A model generated the notes under the pieces. That model saw nothing but the letters and a program-made list of their open reading frames with translations, did not search any database and was not told where the DNA came from. From Lama glama (Eukaryota): a DNA stretch of 64,000 bases. The stretch lies in the NCBI GenBank assembly GCA_028534125.1, contig CM052816.1, positions 24,802,001 through 24,866,000 of the forward strand, given 5' to 3'. Below, piece after piece: positions 23,420-37,579 of this stretch. Within the stretch, counting starts at the first letter, position 1, and each line of letters starts with the position of its first letter. Both the position numbers and the translations under genes were made by a program.

Positions 23420-25047
23420 CTATGTAGTAACATGTAGAATAATGTGGAAATTAAATTTTATTCTTGGGATTATCATTACCCTACTTACTTCACTAAATAA
23501 ATACGAGAAATTCAAATATGAAGATAAACAATTACTTTAGGTTAGTATCCATAAAGTTCTTTTCAATCCTTATTATTTTCCAAGATAACAAATGAATAGA
23601 AAAAGGAAAATATATTGGATTTTTTTCTCACTTAAAATTCTGAATCTTGGTTACAAAATATGTCACTTATGTTATTGACAGGATGATGTAATATTTTCTG
23701 CTAATGATGTCAAAATAAATCACAGTGCTGAATTTATACTTCAGTCATTTTAATATAGCTCTTTTATGTGTACATTTTCTAAAAGTAGGGTATTTTATCC
23801 CATGTAAATATATACAGACTCCCTAGGAGCAGACTCTGAATCTAGCAGTGTGAACTCAAATTTCAGATCCATGAAAGTTATGTTAACAATTATAAGACGT
23901 GCTCCTAGTGGGTTCAAAGGCCTTTATCTTCTATTTTCTCCTAAAAAATCTATGTAAAAGAAGCTTTAAAATTACATTTGTCTCTCAATATTAAAGAGAA
24001 GAAATTATTATAGTTGTAGTAAAATAAAATGTCTTTAAGATTCTGAGAAAATTCCTACACTGAAAGAAATGTATCCACTTAGAGGAAGACATTATGCTAT
24101 TACCCAAGAGATCCTAAACAAATGGAAAAGACATTGTTCTGTTCTCAAGAAATTTATGACCTAAAGGGAAATTAAGAAAAGGTGTGACTATCTCTGAAAT
24201 TCTAAGCTGCATTTTCCTATAGCATTTCCCTTTTGCACTTTTCTGGACAGAGGAGCACTATATGTGATTAATAATTATTTTTCAAATTCCCCTTTGAGGA
24301 AGAACTAGCATTAAGGAAGATATCAAATGTTGCTTCAGAGATGAGGATTGAACAGGATAAGGAAGAGTTCTGACCATGCCTATTTTTTGGCAGTGGGGAA
24401 ACAGCAGGTTACTGAAAACATACAGGAGGGTGATTTCACTCTATGAATCATAGAAAGTTAGTATCTGTTTCAGTATCAAATCCCTGTGTCCACTTTCAGA
24501 GTCAGAAACATTATCCTCACCCCAGGACTGAATCTTGATTATACAGTGTCAATATTCCTCCCAAAGTGACCATTTCCTCCATCTCCATGGATGCTGTTTA
24601 ATTGTTCATTAGCTTCTTTCAGGGAGGGCAGACTATTTAAGGGCTAATAAATTTTACATGTGTTTATTAGTAAGTTTGTCTAGATATTGCCTCTTTCATA
24701 GATAAACTAAAATTGTAACAAAGAAATGAGGAATAAAGTAAAATTTGTCATATTACTTTTTTTCTTATTTTGAAGTAATACATAAATTAATTTTAAAAGT
24801 TGAATTGGTTGGATGAAAGTAAAAATTTTGAAAGCATATTTAGAGGTTAAAATTTTGAATGACAAGATAGAAGAAAAGAGTGAAAAATTGAAAATAACGT
24901 TTTCTCTCTTGGGACCTCTGATCTCCAACACTTCACCAAGGAGTATAAAACTCCTTGGGAAATATTTTAGAATCTCTCTCTTTCCTGTGTGACTGTACTT
25001 TATTATCAGTGTAAATACAAATAAGGTCCTTTGAATTCTTTCTTCAC

Positions 25048-25148
25048 CAATGTGTATACTTTCACATTTTAAAGATCTCTTTAATATTGATGTGGAAATG
25101 AATTTCAGTAAAGCTGGAATGGTATAAAGAGGCAATGGTTTGGAAACC
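25048..25148 (-). pseudogene. Pseudo-exon, phase 2->1 (VSKPLPLYTIPALLKF... or shifted frame FQTIASLYHSSFTEIHFHINIKEIFK)
   Basis: Acceptor gattctag|G. Donor TTG|GTGAAG at 25048 (alternative A|GTATAC at 25060). Overlaps the 142-aa ORF 24707..25135; the 3' end is uncertain. Confidence 0.45.
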
Positions 25149-25234
25149 CTAGAATCATTGAATGCTAGGATTTATTGTTATTCTACCCTCTATTTAACAT
25201 TGGATTCCAGAAAAAAAATGACTTAGAGATGTTC

Positions 25235-26010
25235 ATTTTTTTCTTCCAGTTTTATTGAGATATTATTGACATATAACACTGTGTAAGTTTAAGGTGTACA
25301 TATACTTATACATTACAGTATGATTGCCACTGTAGCACTAGCTAACACCTCCATCACATCACATATTACTATTTCTTTTTTATAGTGGGAACACTTAATA
25401 TTTGTTCTTTTAGCAATTTTCAAGTATACAATACTTACTGTTAATTGTAATCACAACACTGTGCATTAACTCCCCATAACTTATCCATCTTCTAACTACA
25501 AGTTTGTACACTTTAACCAGCATCTACCTAATTCCCCTCCCCCAGACCCCAGCTCCTGGTAGCCATCATTATTCTCTTTATTTCTATGAGTTCACCTGTT
25601 TTAGATTGCATATATAAGTGACATCACATAGTATTTGTCTTTCTTTGACTTATTTCACTTAGTATCATGTCCTCAAGGTCCATCTATGTTGCCATAAATG
25701 TTAGGGTTCCATACTTTTTCATAGCTGAGTAATATTCCACTATATTTATATCTTGTATATTCTTTGTCCACTTATCAGTTGATGGACACTTAGGTTGTTT
25801 CTTTATCTTTGCTATTGTGAATAATGCTAAAATGAATGTGAGAGAGCATCTCTTTGAAATCCTGATTTTATTTCCTTTGGGTGTATACTTACAAGTAGGA
25901 TTGCTGGATCATATGGTGTTTTTACATTTTTTAATTTTTTGAGGAAACACCATACCAGTTTTCATAGTGGCTGTACCAATTCACATTTCCACTAATGGTG
26001 CATAAAGTTT
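25235..26010 (-). mobile_element. L1MA-type 3' end
   Basis: ccagttttattgagatattattgacatataacactgtg...gattgctggatcatatggt. Confidence 0.9.
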
Positions 26011-26822
26011 GGCAAAAGGATATTCTTGTCTGATGAATTTCCCCAATCTTGGATAAACTGTCTTCCAGGAATTTGTCTCATTTCCTGCCATGGCAAGACA
26101 ATTGCAGTGAAAATCTTATATCCCCTTTACCTGTACCTTATGGGAATCTCAAGTCTAGAACATTTCTGAAGTAAGTAATTCTCTCCTTTTGCTCCATCTA
26201 GACTGATCCCTTTAGCTCTCCACTGTCAAAGGTTGCATTCAAGTGTTTGTGTGTCTATGAAGCAGTGGTATTGAGAAGGGAGTGGTTGACACACCAGTGA
26301 GGAGATAGTAAAAGTGTCAATAGGAGAATATAACAAGAAATACTGATTTTCAGAGTACAAAGTCTAACTGTTCTGTGCCCCAACCATAGCTGCATTGTGA
26401 TTCACCATGTAGTTTTTTCATGATATGAGAAACTGTTAAAGTTTTTAGTGGACTGTCCCAATATAATGTGAATGGGAGGCATGGACTGAATATGTCATGA
26501 CTGATTACTGTTACTGGGCTATTGTAGTTTTTGATGTTGCAACAGGAAGGATTATCATCTTCTATTTACCCATATTTTTATTTCGATTCTATATAATGAT
26601 GTCAGGGAAATAGCAATTAAAATGAACCTCACAAGGGATATTTTAATAATTAAAGTGAAAACATCCTAAGAAGTAATATAGATACAAAGAAAAGTGAGGT
26701 AAAGTAACATGTATTAAATGAGTAATTTAATACAGCAGATTCCATTGTCCTCACAAAACAAAATTAATAAGGTGTAATGAATTTCAATTTATTATTTTTA
26801 AATGTTTCTTCTTGAAACTCAC

Positions 26823-27027
26823 TGGAGTATTATCTCCAACAAAATATTTAAAAATTAGGTAGCATTCTCTGTCTGTGGAATTACAGTTCTCCCTTTTGCT
26901 TTAGAACTTGCAAAATTATATTTCAATGTAGAATTCAAATGACAGTTTAATTTGTAAAAGTAATGTTATTGAATATGGATGTTGTAGTACCATTTTGTGG
27001 GCAGAATTTTTTTCCTGAGACTGTTCC
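26823..27027 (-). pseudogene. Pseudo-exon, 205 nt, phase 1->2: NSLRKKILPTKWYYNIHIQ*HYFYKLNCHLNSTLKYNFASSKAKGRTVIPQTENAT*FLNILLEIIL(Q)
   Basis: Acceptor cttttttccaatag|GG, donor CCA|GTGAGT, two in-frame stops, N-glycosylation sequons NST and NAT. Confidence 0.65.
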
Positions 27028-27440
27028 CTATTGGAAAAAAGTTCTAATTGTAAATATTTTTTTGTTATGAATGAATGTCATTTTATGTGTGCACAAGCAC
27101 ATGTATGCATGTATGTGTGTGTATGTGTGTATATAGCATGTAGATGTGTTCTGCCCATATATTCCCCACACATCTCCGAGTGTGCTAAATCACTTTGTCC
27201 TTGAAACCTAAATAATTTTGATTCAAACTCTCATCTAACAGGTGGAAGACCCAGCAACTGTAGCATTTGGAGTAGAGACTCTCATCTCTGCCTGTGATTC
27301 TTGTTTTTACTGATGCAAGAACTATCTGATTTGCCTCTGTGCAGAGCCCCACTGGGCATCTCTTCAATCCTTCCCCTTTCTAATCTGTCACCAACTCGAG
27401 CCTATAGTATAGTCAGACTTTATTGAAGATTTTCAGGATA

Positions 27441-27880
27441 TATTAGTTAGGGTATAGGTTTGAGTATGTCTGAGAGAGACCCACATTAGCAGTCTTAAAT
27501 ATTATAAAAGTTTATTCCTTTTGCTTTGTAACAATCTGGAAGCTGATGGCCTAAGTCCAGCCTGTTGGCTCCACTTCAAAAGGTCATCAGGGACACGACT
27601 TTCTTCTATCTTGTGACACCATCATCTGTAATGTGTTAGCTTTGTTGTTGTAGTCCAAGAAAACTTACTGTTACATTCACATCCTGGGCATCAGGATAGA
27701 GGGAAAATAGGGGAATGAAATACCTTCCTTCCCTTTAAAATTGTATCCCGAAAGTTACGTATTTTACCTCCCCGCAAGTCCTACTGTCTTAAACGTAGGC
27801 CATGGCCATACCTAGCTGCAAGTAAAACTGGGAAGTATTTCTTCTGCGTGGCCATGTACTAAGTTTAAAACTTTGAGTTC
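27441..27880 (-). mobile_element. MLT1J-like MaLR LTR
   Basis: ttagttagggtataggttt...gtcatcagggacacgactttcttctatcttg...catggccatacctagctgcaag. Confidence 0.7.
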
Positions 27881-27885
27881 CATTT

Positions 27886-30800
27886 CATCTAACTGCAGCA
27901 GAGTACACATTTATCTCAGGCACATACAGGACATTCTCCAGGATAGTTTATGTATGTTAGGTCACAATCAAGTCTTAACAAATTTAAGAAGGTTGAAATC
28001 ATACCAGTTATATTTTGCAACCACAGTGGTATGAATCTAGAGATAGATAACAGGAGAAAAGCTAAAATTCACAAATGTTTGGAATTTAAACAATATACTC
28101 CTGAAGAACCAATGGGTCAAAGAGCAAATCTAAAGGGAAATAAAAAAATATCTTGAAACAAGTGAAAATGGAAGCACAACATACCAAAACTTATGGGATG
28201 CAGCAAAAGCAGTTCACAGAGGGAAGTTTCTAGTGATAAATGCCTACATTAAAAAAAAAACCCAAATAGACAAGCTAAATTTACACCTCAAGGCATTAGA
28301 AAAAGAGGAACAAATGAAGCCCAAGATTAACAGAAAGAAGGTGATTACAAAGATCAAAGCCTAAATAAATGAAGTAGAGCATGAAAATAATAGAAAAGAC
28401 CAATGAAACTAAGAGTTGGTTTTTCAACAGATACATACAATTGACAAAACTTTAGTTATACTTACTGAAATAAAAAGGAAAGAGGACTTGAGGAAATAAA
28501 ATTATAAATGAAAGTGGAGTTGCTATAATTGATAGCACAGAAATACAAAGGATTATGAGACTACTATGAATAATTATACACCAACAAATTGGACAACTTG
28601 GAAAAAATGGATAAATTCCTAGAAACACACAGCTGACCAAAATGGAGTGAAGAAGAAATAGAAAATCTGAACAGACCAATAATGAGTGAGTATTGATCAA
28701 TAATCAGAAACCTCTCAAATAAGAAAAGCCCAGGACCAGATGACTTCCCAGGTAAATTCTATGAAACATTTAAAGAAGAATTAACAGTAACCCTTCCCAG
28801 ACTCTTACAAAAAATTGAAGAGAAGGGAACATGAGGACTTCTCATGGTAAAGATGCTACAGGCCAAATATCCATGATGACTATAAATGCAAAATTCTCAA
28901 CAAAAATACCAGCAAACCAAATTCAACAGTATGTGAAGAGGATCATACATCATGATCAAGTGGGATTTATCCCTGGGTACAAGGGTAATCCAACATCTGC
29001 AAATCAATAAATGTGATACACAACATTAACAAAATGAGGGATAAAATTAAATGATCGTCTCAATAGACATGGGAAAAGCATTTGACATAATTCAGTGTCC
29101 TTTCGTAATTTAGAAAACACTCAACAAAATGAGTTTGAAAGAAATGTACCTCAACATAATAAAGGCCACATATGACGGACCTGTAGCTAACGTCATACTC
29201 AGTGGTGAAAGATTGAAATCTTACCCTGTATGACTAGGAACAAGATAAGGGTGCTCACTCTCACCATTCTAATTCAGCATACTACTGGAAGTCCTGTCCA
29301 AAACAATTAGACAAGAAAAAAAAACCCCACTAAATAAAAGGCATCCATATTAAAATAGAAGAAGTAAAATCATCTCTGTTTTCAGATGATATAATATTAT
29401 ACATAGGCAAATCCTAAGGACAACCCACCCCCCCAAAAAATGATGGAACTAAGAAATGAATTCAGTAAAACTTTAGGATACAAAATCATTATGCAAAAAT
29501 CAAGTGCATTTCTAAACACTAACAATTAAGTATCAGAAAGAGAAATTAAGAAAATAATGCTATTCAAAATAGCATCAAGAACAATAAAAAATACTTAAGA
29601 ATAAATTTAACCAGGGAAATGAAGACATTGATGAATTATCAGACATTGATAAAAGAAACTGAAGAAGTCATAAGTAAATGGAAAGATATCCTGTGGTCGC
29701 GGATTGGAAGAGTTAATATTGTTTAAATGTTCATAATACCCAAAGTCAGTGTAATCCCTATCAAAATTCCAATGCTGTTTTCACAAAAATAGAACAAACA
29801 ATCTACATTCATATGGAACCACAAAAGATCTCTAATAGGCAAAGCACTCTTGATTATAGGCAAAGACATCACAATTCCTAATTTCAAGCTATATTACAAA
29901 GCTAGAGTAATAAAAAATAATATGGTATCGGCATAAAAACAGACATATAGCTCAGTGAAACAGAACAGAGAGCCCAGAAGAAAAACTTCGCACATATGGT
30001 CAACTAATACTTGACAAGGGAGCCAAAAACACTCAATGGGGAAAGGACTGTGTCTTCAATAAATGGTGCTGTGAGAACTAGATATTCACATGCAAAAGAA
30101 TGAAATTGGACTGTTGTTTTATACCACTCACAAAAGTTAACTAGAGATGGATTAAAGGCTTACACATAAGACCCGAAGCCATAAAACTCTTAGAAGAAAG
30201 CATAGGGAAAAAAGCTCCTTGACACTGGTTGGCAATAATTTTTTGGATATGACAACAAAAGCATGAGCAACAAAACCAAAAATCAACTTCAAACTTTCTC
30301 CAAATAAAAACTTCTGCACAGCAAAGGAAACAGTCAACAGAATGAAAAGGCAACCCATGGAATCGGAGACAGTATTTGCAAACCATTTATTTGCTAAGGG
30401 GTTAATATCCAAAATATATAGGGAACTCATGCTACTCAATAGAAAAAAATATGATCACAAAATGGGCAAAGGACACAAATAGCCATATTCTCAAAGAAGA
30501 CATACACGTGGCCAACAGATATATGAAAATGTGCTCAGCATCACTAACCACTAGAGAAGTGCAAATCAAAACCACAAAGAGATGTCATTTCACACTTGTT
30601 AGAATAGCTGTGCTCAAAAAGACAAGAGATAACAAATGTTGGCAAGGATGTGGAGAAAAGGGAACCCTTGGTGTCCTGTTGGTGGGAATGTAAATTTGTG
30701 TAGCCACTATGGGAAGCAGTGTGGAGGTTCCTGAAAAAATTTTAAAAAGAACTACCATATAATCCAGCAGTTCTACTTCTGGGTATATATCCAGAGCAAA

Positions 30801-31445
30801 TGGTATCAGGATCATGAAGAGATTACTCTCCTCTTACCCACCAGTTTATTGTAGCATTGTTCACAATAGCAAAGTTATAAGAACAAGCTAAATGTCTGTG
30901 GATGGATGAATGGATAAAGAAGCGATATAGCTTATATAAGTATAAAAATCATGGAATATTATTCCACCATGAAAAAGAAGAGAATCCTATTTGTGACAAC
31001 ATGGATGAGACTTGGAAACATTACGCTAAGTGAAAAGAGTCAGACGGGAAAAGACAAATACTGTATCATCTCCCTTACAGGTACAATATGAAAAACCTGA
31101 AATCATGGCAACAGAGGGTATTGTTGTGGGTTCCAGGGACTGGGGGATGGAAGAAATGGAGAAATGTTGGTCAAAGCTATAAGAGGAATAAAAGTTCTGG
31201 AAATACAGTGTACAACCTGATGACTATAGTTAACAGTACTGTACTGTATATTTAAAAGTTGCTAAGAGAGTAGATCTTAAATCTTCTTACCATCACTACA
31301 ACAATAACAAAATGGGATTATGTGTTAATTAACCTTCTTGTGGTAAACTTTTCACAACATATATGCATATAAAATCATTACATTGTACACCTCAAACTTA
31401 CATAATGTTATGTGTCAGCTGTTTCTTAACAAAACTGGAAAAGAA
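27886..31445 (+). mobile_element. L1 (L1MA-type), 5'-truncated, end of endonuclease domain through 3' UTR, disrupted
   Basis: ORF2 motifs: gcagagtacacatt...ttctccaggatag, ccaggaccagatgacttc, catgatcaagtgggatttatccctggg, and KWAKDTNSHILKEDIHVANRYMKMCS. Confidence 0.95.
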
Positions 31446-31700
31446 TCCCCTTGTGTTCTTTTTAATGTCAGAGTGAATGATATGGGTATAGTTAGCAGTG
31501 TTCTTTAAAGGGGCCGTACTTGGCACAGGCTTCTATCACACGGTAGCATAGCACGGCACAGCAGATAAAGCAGGGTGAAAAATTAACATTAGTAATCCCT
31601 GGTATTAAAAATCCTTGTAGTATTCCATCCAGCAGGGAATTTTCTCTGGTCTTCTCTTCTATTCCAGCTTTACTGTATTTCAAGAACATCTAATACTCAC

Positions 31701-31798
31701 CTTCTTCTCTTCTCCTTAGCTCTAAGTCTTTATCTTCCAAGTTGCAGCTTTCTCTTTCATAAAATTGGGAGAACATGTATCTACCTCTTCACTCAGTG
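31701..31798 (-). pseudogene. Pseudo-exon, 98 nt (probably 99 nt minus a 1-nt deletion): ALSEEVDTCSPNF/YERESCNLEDKDLELRRREE(G)
   Basis: Acceptor ctgttgttttag|CA and strong donor GAAG|GTGAGT. One frameshift restores phase 1->1. Confidence 0.6.
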
Positions 31799-32269
31799 CT
31801 AAAACAACAGCTTCAAACTCAACTGAGACCAAATCAATCATCTAAATAAATGAAGTGAGCCAGGTGTGAGGCAGAAGGGAGTAGTGGAGACTGGCAGGTT
31901 ACAGGGTTTGTATCTCATCTATGTGAAAAGAGCCTACTTAACTCTGGGATTGGTGACATTCCAGAACACAGGCCAGGGGCTGCATCTCCCAGATTTTACA
32001 GGGTCACTGAGAGTTTGAATTCTTAAGTTTACTTTAAGTGTTAGCAAGCGATTCATATTTTTTCTAAACAGTATGACAGCAAGCAGTGTACTTTCACTGG
32101 CTGCCCCGGGCAGCTCTTTTGCAAAGTTGGCTTTAGAACTCCCAGGCATTGCCCATGGGGACTCAGCTTCAAAAATTTTCAATTTGGACATTCTTTTAAT
32201 GGAGGCCTTTCTCTCTCCCTGTGACTTGCCATACACTTTCCATGGATAAATAATGCCCTAATTTTACTG

Positions 32270-32490
32270 TGTATTTGATAGTTTTCTAAGAGCTTTGCAC
32301 GTATTTGCTTATTAATCTTTAATAATAACTCCTGATATTTGGCAAAACCAACATTATCTTTACTTAAAATGAGGAAACTGAGGCTTAGAAGGTTTAAGTT
32401 CCTCCCCTAAATATTGTAACAAAAATGAGATGGAGGTGAACCAAGAATTCACGTGTTTTGATACCTTGCTCATGGCACTTCCTAGTCACT
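32270..32490 (-). mobile_element. MIR SINE
   Basis: aaatgaggaaactgaggcttagaaggtttaag. Confidence 0.8.
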
Positions 32491-33005
32491 TCAGTCTTCT
32501 GAGAACTGCGAATAGTTTAAATATATAATATATTGTGGAATCTCAGCACTCAAGCCCTCAAGAAGTACTTGAAAATCATTAAAAACTCATTTCAGTTTCC
32601 TGAGAAGTAAACATTATTGTGCTGCTTTATAAAAAGAAGCAAGAGATTCAGGCTCAATCATCATGGGAATGTTGTCAGTTCTAAATTGTATTTCTTGTCT
32701 TTGTATTTCTGTTTGATACTCCACCGACTAAAATTTTGTATGTTCATTGTTATTCTCTGCTGTAGTTCTACATGTGGCATCTTCCTTGACATGAGAAACC
32801 ATTTTAAGCATATAGTGTGTGCCCAGTGCATAGCAACAATTGTCACTGAACCAGAGAAGAGAAATTGACTCGTCTTTGCATATGATAAATTATGAGAGGA
32901 ATGCATGGTCTGTAACAAATTATGTGAATATTCATAAGAGTTTTAAAATAAAATTACTGCAAGCATATGGCAAAAAACAAACGAAAACCAAGAGGTGCAG
33001 AAGAG

Positions 33006-33500
33006 ATACCTTGGTTTGTTTCCCATTTCTATCGATTTTGAGATAAGGGCCTCTGGGAAGGTAGCTTATTTGGGAGGTGGCTGAGCAGAGAAGGGAAAAA
33101 GTGGGTAGAATTAAAAAGAAGAAAAAAACCCAAAAGTTATTGTAAAGGAGTGTTATTGAGTTGGTCCCCACTGTGGGCAATTGCAACTTGATCACACAAA
33201 GATCTTACGAGTGTGTAGGATTCTTCTCAGGATGATCTGCCTGAGGATTGCCTGGAGAAGCATTTGGCCCTTAATTCTATACTCTGCAGGCTGCATATCG
33301 ATGGATGGGAGGGCCTCCCACTGGTATGGCACTCTGCGGCAGCACTACAGGAGCCCAGGAGTATAGGGGGAAAACTGTTGGAGGTGGCGTGCACTTAAGG
33401 TAAGGAGTCATCAGTGTGAAATAAGTTGAAGCCTGCACAAAATGATCACCATGGGTATGGCTGGGAACAAAGGTAATGCCAAGCATCTGTTAGGCTATGT
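33006..33500 (-). mobile_element. ERVL LTR16-like LTR
   Basis: gtagcttatttgggaggtg...gtgttattgagttggtccccactgtgggcaattg. Confidence 0.7.
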
Positions 33501-33559
33501 GAAGAGTGTCTGATGCAATGGCTTGAAAGTAAGCCATTTGGCTATTTTGGTCTTTAGTC

Positions 33560-35900
33560 CTGAGGTGGGCGGTATGTCATTTAACTCTGGAATTTATGAA
33601 AATTTCACTGTTTCTTAGTTTATCAGCTTTATAGACTATTTCCACTCCTTCCTCTAAGTTGTCGTTATTTTCAGTTATTTTATTGGTTGTGTTGTAGTTT
33701 TAAATAATACACTCAAAAGCATGATTTCTTATTTTATTGCATTTCAACAGTTTACTTTGACTTTTTGGTAAGTTGAGATTTTCTTCCCTCTACTATTGCC
33801 TTCATCTATCTCATTCAATTTGCCTCTAGTAGTTGACAGCTACGCTTTTTATTTTTTGCAGAATCAAGGATAATAGCCTTTACATTCTGTTTTGTGTCCT
33901 TAATTAAGTTGTCTGTGCTTTCTCTATAGTTTGAGTCTAAAAGTTGATAATAATTGGCAGTTAGCTGTTTTCCTATATAAATGTTATTCTCTGCAAGGCT
34001 GAGTGATATGCTAGGATTATATATTTTTTTTCAGTTGATCTAAAATCATGAACCCTGTATAACTTGAAAAAGAATGTTTCTAGCATTAAGGTGCAAATGA
34101 ATTACCTTTCTTACATACCATCAGAACCTGAAAATCATGCCATGTGTACTTCATTCTGAGTGTGTGTTTGCATGTGCTTGCATGTGTATTTTCTTGAAGT
34201 TTCCAATTGCCTTTCATTTCTCTTTGAAAGAAAAATCATGTCTATTTACCATATCACTTCCAGTCTTTTAATCATCCTTTCTACGGAATGGCATTTTTTC
34301 CCATGAGTTTTCTCTTTGAAGATTTTTTTTTTTGGTGCTGTTTTCTTGATACAATTTTCACCAATTGTGTTTTGTACTTCTATGTCACTTTGAAGATTGT
34401 GAGATTTTAGTCACTGTACTTCTACATAAATTTGAGCATTTCTTGGATCTCACATTTTCCCATTCTTGATTTCAGCTGAGTTTCCTTGTTTCAATGTGTT
34501 CTCAAGTAACTCAGAAGCAGTCTTGGCAAGAACACTTACGAGTTTTCATACATCTGAAAATGCCTTTGCACTCATATTTGGTTGAGCTGGTCCAGAAATC
34601 TAGTTCAAAATAATTCCGCTTGGTTCTCTGAAAGTACTGCCCCATTGTCTTCTTGCTTAAAGTTTTTCAAATAAGAAGTCTAATGCCACCCTAATTCTTG
34701 AGTTGTTTGTTTGTTTTGTTTGTATGCACTGTCTTCTCCCAAACTCTACCCTGGAAACTTTTAGTATCTTCTATTTCTTTACCCTTGAATTTCTGACATT
34801 TAAAACAAAATATCTTCTAATTCATTGCCTAAGAGCTGTTTTTATAATAGGGTATTTGTTCATGAAACTATTTTTTGATCTTTGCTTGAAAACTTCCTTT
34901 TATATGAGTTAGAATCCACCATTGCCTAGATCCCATGTGCTCTTAATTTAAATACTACCCTACAAATGACATAGAATCAAGAGAATTTCTGGACTCAACA
35001 CTGTGAACGCATCCCATTCCTTCTGTCAGGATATTTAATGCTTAGTGTTGAAATGGCTTTGTCAACTGAAGACTGGATAACTTTTATCTCTGAATTAGTT
35101 CTTTTTCTGGGTACTTTTACTCAACATATGAATGTTACAGTACGCCGCTGGAGATGACCAGTCAAAGGCAAACACTGCCGCATGGATGGGATCAACCTGC
35201 AAAACGAACCTCTAACTTAACCCTAGTTGCAAGAGCTGGAACCAGCCAGCTGTCCATTTTTATGTGTATTACCAGGCCTCAAATGTATCATAAATTTATT
35301 TACTCTTCTCAAACCTGGCCTGGAATAAATTTTAATTTTTAATCTAGAAATCAGAGGTGTAAGTCTGTTTTCAGTGAATCTGCTTGGTACTCATAAGGCC
35401 ACTTTAGTCTGAAGATTTATGATTTTCAGCGGTTCTGGGCCTTTTTTTTTCTTTTTTTCATAAAAATACAATGCAGAGCCAACACTCACACCAGCAGCCT
35501 TAGTTTTCTCCAGTCGATTTATTCAACCTGTGTAGAGTAGATTTCTCTGATACATTTGCTTGGACGGCAAATTACCACCATGGGTTGCTGTTGCTCTGCA
35601 TATGGGGAGGAAACGAAGATGGTGCGTGTTTTTCTCCTTTTGCCTACCTGTTTTGATACCTGCTTCTCACTCCTACTTCTGAACTTGGGGACTCTAGAGA
35701 GAAGCAAGAAGACTAAATCCTACTCTTATTTCAGTGTATTCCTAACTTCCTTCACTTTCCTGTTAACAGTTAACACGCGTCCCCCAATTTCTATCTTTCA
35801 GAAATTTGTTGCACTCTTCAGATTGCTCTGGTCTTCCTCCCCGAGCTAATCTCCACTTGGTTGGTTTAATTCCCTCTTAAAATCCTTGGAGGTTATTTTT
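33560..35900 (-). mobile_element. Highly degraded old L1 (L1ME-like) with an unassigned insert at ~34905-35340
   Basis: tctgaaaatgcctttgcactcat...ccattgtcttcttgctt...gaagtctaatgcca. Confidence 0.5.
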
Positions 35901-37579
35901 ATGGCCTCTCCTGAGGAAGCTTAAGTAATGTCTCTTTTTACTGTTTAAATTTCTTAAAACAAACCTAACCCCTTTCTTCACTATACTTAATTTTATCCTG
36001 GAAAACACTGTTTTTACTATAGTCTTGGTAGTAGAGATATTGGTATTCACTCCTGAGAGAGAAATAGATGTGATATTTATGAAAATAACCAGTACCTGTT
36101 TCTTCTTTCATGCAAATAGAAGGAAAATACTTCTCACACCTCCTTCAAAGGATGTGATATCCTTTTAGGGCATGGGGAAAATTTTGCTTTATGAGCTCAG
36201 CATAAAAGGAGATAAAAATGTAAAATTAAATGGTAATGTTTTACAAAAGTTGTTGTTCTGTGCTAAGCCTGTTTTTCTGTCTGCTGGGAGTCTTGTGTAG
36301 ATAATAAATACTGATCAGTGATTTAGCATGTATAAAACACATCAATCCTTTTTTATTATATTTTTTGAGCCTTGACATTTATGATAATTTCCCCATATCT
36401 ACTTAAAACTCTTTCTCTTATGATTGCATTATTAAAGTGGATTTTTTTGCCCTTATTGGCTTATCTCATTAGCATGTGTTTATCATATATTTTCAGGGTA
36501 ATCACCATTTTGGAATATGCACACAAAATTAAATGGATTCCCTAGTTTTAAAAGGTGTCAAGATAAGGACAGAAGCTTTTACCCCCTCCCATCTCTAATC
36601 CCTATCCCCTTGAAAAACTACAAAAGACATTTTGATTTCTTGTCACTGGGGCCAGTTGGATAATAGCAAGGATAATATACCCTCCTACCGTGTGTCCATA
36701 GTTCGTCCTGGAAAGAAGGAGAAGTGATGGGAATACATTTCTATAGGATCCTCATTTTCAGTGCCTCTGTTTGTTGTCCATCAATTTGTGTCCTGGTTTC
36801 TGGACTTAAGAAAGCACAGTATCCTAACGGATATTTGTATGCAAGAGGAAAACTCATGTTTTCCCATCCTCTCCTAGAATGACAGTTTGATATGAAAGAA
36901 CAACTTAGGAAGGGATCATTTTTGACTCTAATTATTAAGTAAAATGATAAGGATGACTCCTATTTGGTTAGTGTCCAAATAATTACGTCAGTTCCCTTTC
37001 TCTCCTTCCATAAACTAATATATAAAGCAGGAGCTAATGCTCTTCCTATTGTTAGAGACGAACATGAACCACTGGAAGATACTGATGTGCCTTCTGAATT
37101 GTCAAAAAAACTGCCAATGAATACCTATGTGATTTTACCATTGTGTTTTATTGTATAGCGCTAAACTATTTGCTATCCATTATCAATTTTCAGTATACTG
37201 AGCCTTTCTCAGTTTCCCAGAGTGTAACGAAACAGAACTAAATTTTTAATGCATCTTGTTTGTTTCTTCTTTACAGTGTGTTTGCTGTTACTGTTTTTTG
37301 TTGTTGTTCCATTAGAAATTTTGGGTTAGTTGACTAAGTAACACAAATTATAGAGAATAATTTTGGCATGTAACATAGATTTGAACTACAAACTAATGAT
37401 CTAGATGTTATGTAAGGATGAAAATAACTCCAATTTAAGCCTTGTTGGTTTGAGAATATTTAATAATTACATTCATCATGATATTTCTCATTCTTGCAGA
37501 AGTCCACAGCATATGTAAAACACTCTAATTTAGTGCTCTCACAAGCCAGATAAGAAGAGTGAGAGTGGCAGACTAAGTA

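Noticed and set aside
24707..25135. 142-aa ORF as a stand-alone gene
   Set aside because: Non-ATG start and an AT-rich, intron-like 3' half. Only the 5' part is plausibly a pseudo-exon.
27950..30815. Several ORFs on both strands
   Set aside because: Fragments or antisense frames of a disrupted L1 ORF2.
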